This document shows positions 55,907-58,589 of a stretch of DNA of 58,589 nucleotides, piece by piece. The first letter of the stretch is position 1. Each line of letters opens with the position of its first letter. The notes below the pieces were generated by a model that saw only the letters and a list, made by a program, of their open reading frames with translations, was not told the origin of the DNA and searched no databases. The DNA comes from a virus. Lineage: Duplodnaviria; Caudoviricetes. Where the stretch lies: positions 1-58,589 of the IMG/VR virus record IMGVR_UViG_3300005326_000010; one strand, written 5' to 3'. Both the position numbers and the translations under genes were made by a program.

Positions 55907-56506
55907 TTATTTTGACTCTCTACGAATCTTGTTATGGAGACGCTGGTGGTCTCCGTTTGTCATTAACTGCAAATTCTCAATTCGGTTGTCATCCCGGATA
56001 TGGTTCTTGTGGTGAACAACCAGTTCAGGTCGAAGATATTTCTCACCCTCGATCTCAACGAGCGCAGAAGATTCCGGCTGGAACTCTCGTAGCCACTTCT
56101 CCATGACGAGGCGGTGTTGTAGTACGTAGTCTCTATTCGAGAAAGGATGTTTGTAACTTTTTTCATAGAGATAACCATCTGACTGCCTAGATATGCCGCC
56201 CTTCCAGTTGTAACACAAGTCTCCTTTGTGTCTCGCGCAAGACTCTTTCCGGTATTCTTCGTTCTTGTTCCGGCATTCGTTTGAGCAGAACCGCCTCCAA
56301 CCTGCGCGGCTTTTATGCTCCCAGAAATACGTTCCACACTCCGGACAGATGAACTCAACCTTTGGTTTCTTGAGGTGGTCGTTGCGGTGTCGCCCGGCAC
56401 ACCCTGCGGAACAGAATTTAGCAACTTTACGCCAGTGAGGCACAAGGAACTTGACCCCACAAGCCTGACATGACAACTCGACTTCTCTTGCCTTTGGTTT
56501 AGGCAT
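55907..56506 (-). CDS. HNH homing endonuclease with zinc fingers
   Basis: HRLVME...VHHKNHIRDDNRIENL; FCS..C fingers; own promoter TTGACA-N18-TATAGT (56536-56565). Confidence 0.9.
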   Translation of the reverse strand: MPKPKAREVELSCQACGVKFLVPHWRKVAKFCSAGCAGRHRNDHLKKPKVEFICPECGTYFWEHKSRAGWRRFCSNECRNKNEEYRKESCARHKGDLCYNWKGGISRQSDGYLYEKSYKHPFSNRDYVLQHRLVMEKWLREFQPESSALVEIEGEKYLRPELVVHHKNHIRDDNRIENLQLMTNGDHQRLHNKIRRESK

Positions 56507-56602
56507 TTGTATAGTACCCCCTCAGTTTTTGAGGTACTATACAGGGTTGGAGAAGTATCTGTCAAGCCAGAACTTGTGGAAGTCATTGTTTTCCTTTAGC
56601 TA

Positions 56603-57610
56603 CTAAAGATCAGTAGCTGCCGTTTCGCAAACCGCCATAAACAACTGATTCGTGATGACCGCGCCGAAGTAGGCTTTCCACCCAACATGCCCTCGTTGAC
56701 CGAGCTTATCGGAGTCGGAGATCGTGCCGGGGTTGCGCACGATCGGGGCGGTGATGGCGTTCTTACCTTTGAGGGGTACCGAGGCTGCGGCGTGCTGGGC
56801 GAGGAAGATCACCGGATACACGTCGGCGGAGGTGCCGGTGGTGGAGACCATCGTGGTACCGGAGCCAGCCTTGGCTGCTCCGCCATCGGCGTAGGACTCG
56901 TAGATGGTTGAGCGGATGTAGCGCACGTCCTCGACGGTGCCGATCTCGAACTCGTCGGCTGCGACCTTGGCACCGTAGTCAACGGCGTCCTTGAAGCCGC
57001 TCATGGCGCGAACGTCGTTTTCGCAGTCAGGGTGAACCAATCCGATGTACGCAGCGCGAACCGAGACCGTGCCGAAGGACGGGGTGGAGGCGGTCTGCTT
57101 GGTGATATACATGGCGTTCTGACGCTTGAAGGCACGAGTGACTTTGCGCTGAAGGGTCAGCGTCAACGGGGTGTTGACGTCGGTTCTCGCCGCGCCGTTG
57201 GCGTAGAACTTGTTGGTACCAGCCTTCAGGACATTGAAACGAAGTGTTTCAAGAGTCTGGGCGGCCTGCTCGGCAGTGATACCGAGATACTCCTGAAGCA
57301 CGTTGTCTTCGTGGGTATCGGCGATCTGGTCGGTGAGCTGTACGAAGTCACCGTACTGCGAGAGCGTTACCTGGTAGTCGGTATAAGTCATAGACTTGCC
57401 GACCGGGGTTACGCCTTCGACGAGAGGCGTAGTGGCTTTCGCCAAAGCCTCGTACCGCCGGAAAATGGCGGTCTTGGTGGAGTTGCTGGGTAACGGTTTC
57501 ATGTCGAGGTATTTCTCAAGGGTCAGGTACGGCAGAGCCCTCATCAAAAATCCCGGCATGGCTTTTCCGGCGGTACGCGGGGAAATATCCCCATACACAT
57601 TGATAGCCAT
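56603..57610 (-). CDS. Major capsid protein, N4-gp56 family
   Basis: YGDISPRTA, FRRY, L.EGVTP, QYG, D.LGQRG.VGWK motifs. Confidence 0.92.
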   Translation of the reverse strand: MAINVYGDISPRTAGKAMPGFLMRALPYLTLEKYLDMKPLPSNSTKTAIFRRYEALAKATTPLVEGVTPVGKSMTYTDYQVTLSQYGDFVQLTDQIADTHEDNVLQEYLGITAEQAAQTLETLRFNVLKAGTNKFYANGAARTDVNTPLTLTLQRKVTRAFKRQNAMYITKQTASTPSFGTVSVRAAYIGLVHPDCENDVRAMSGFKDAVDYGAKVAADEFEIGTVEDVRYIRSTIYESYADGGAAKAGSGTTMVSTTGTSADVYPVIFLAQHAAASVPLKGKNAITAPIVRNPGTISDSDKLGQRGHVGWKAYFGAVITNQLFMAVCETAATDL

Positions 57611-57671
57611 AGATGGCCTCCTTACGGACCTGCCTCGCGGCGGTCGCTTTTCAGTCCTGTCTCACGACGGT

Positions 57672-58541
57672 CTATTTGTACTTCTTCAACTCCTGCTCAA
57701 ATGCAGAATCAAAATCATCAGGGTCCGGCTCGGCGGTCAGCGAGGTACGTGAGCCGTCCGGGATCTCCATTTTCTTCAGGCGGGCTTCTTCAGCAGCTTT
57801 CGCCGCTGCGGCCTTCTGCGCCGCTTCCGGATCTGCGTCCTTCTTTACCAAGCCGCTCGATTCTTTGTAGATGTTGAATACTTCAATTACGTCCTGCGGA
57901 GTGGCTTGATCGCTTTGCAGCGCAAAGAGATAGCCCGCCTGGAGGTAGCGGGGTTGTTTCGCAATCCACTTATTCAAATCGCCGCTCTCGTGGAGCTTCA
58001 CCGCATCAGGATGCGCTTCGAGAATCGGCTTCATGTATTTATCCTGCTCAGTTTCCGCAACCGTGGAACCCACTGAGGAAACCATCTCCTTCAGTTCGGC
58101 GAGTTCTTTTTTCAGGGTTGAAAGCTCTGCTGACTGACGTTCCATCCGGGTTGCGTGGTCTGGCCAGTCTTCCTTGAACTTCTTCTCCGCCTCCAGTTCT
58201 TCGGGAGTCGGCTCTGCGGCTTTCGCTTCGGCGGCTTTCTTCGCTGCTGCTTCCGCTTCAGCCTTTTCTCTGAGGAGGCGTTTCGTATCTTCGATCTCGG
58301 CTTTCAGGGCGAGGAGTTCAGGAGACTCTTTGGTCTCTTCTGAGGCTTTTGCCGCCGCTTCTTCGGCAGCCTTTGCTTCGTCAGCGACTTTCGCCGCGGC
58401 CGCTTCTTCCTCGGCTTTTTTCTGCGCCGCGTCCTCGGGTGGGTCTTCTACTTTCTTCTCGCCACCGGCGACCTCTTCATCAAACGCGGCACTAAAAACA
58501 TCGTCCATCAATACGTCAGTTATTTCCTCGGTACCCGGCAT
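57672..58541 (-). CDS. Capsid scaffold protein
   Basis: Acidic Ala/Glu/Lys coiled coil directly upstream of MCP. Confidence 0.75.
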   Translation of the reverse strand: MPGTEEITDVLMDDVFSAAFDEEVAGGEKKVEDPPEDAAQKKAEEEAAAAKVADEAKAAEEAAAKASEETKESPELLALKAEIEDTKRLLREKAEAEAAAKKAAEAKAAEPTPEELEAEKKFKEDWPDHATRMERQSAELSTLKKELAELKEMVSSVGSTVAETEQDKYMKPILEAHPDAVKLHESGDLNKWIAKQPRYLQAGYLFALQSDQATPQDVIEVFNIYKESSGLVKKDADPEAAQKAAAAKAAEEARLKKMEIPDGSRTSLTAEPDPDDFDSAFEQELKKYK

Positions 58542-58589
58542 TATACCCTCCTTGGATATTGTAGACCACCCTACACTATTTATTCAACT
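58467..58589. repeat. Terminal direct repeat copy 2
   Basis: Identical to 1-123. Confidence 0.95.

Noticed and set aside
259-58541. Alternative genetic code
   Set aside because: Core genes are full length under the standard code, and all three stop codons terminate genes.

Overview
The window is a complete, circularly closed tailed-phage genome. Bases 1-123 repeat exactly at 58467-58589, giving a unit length of about 58,466 bp. The minus-strand late arm runs from ~11.3 kb leftward through the junction to ~35.7 kb. It carries a putative TerS, three signal-peptide proteins, a lysis cassette, a metallophosphoesterase, TerL, portal, scaffold, N4-gp56-type major capsid, an HNH, decoration, adaptor and tail genes, and a 2702-aa polyvalent (ejection-type) protein. 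The plus-strand replication arm (17.1-35.7 kb) carries family A DNA polymerase, Cas4-like nuclease, dNTP-pool enzymes, VRR-NUC, SNF2-like helicase, SSB-like protein, HNH, DHH phosphoesterase and an AEP-primase/DUF927 helicase fusion. Between the arms are an AT-rich origin-like region (~12.0-12.5 kb) and a more AT-rich leftward early cassette with a DUF3560-methyltransferase. I saw no integrase, partition genes, tRNA, CRISPR array or reverse transcriptase. Best leads: (1) the giant protein is punctuated by RF(S/N)R-type linkers around two HExxH peptidases and an ADP-ribosyltransferase-like domain, suggesting a self-processing effector polyprotein; (2) a trio of exported proteins heads the late operon; (3) a candidate +1 frameshift at CCC-CGG; (4) a tandem paralogous pair of HTH proteins sharing an unrecognised domain; (5) short peptide motifs shared by unrelated genes. 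All family assignments come from reading motifs by eye, not from database searches.
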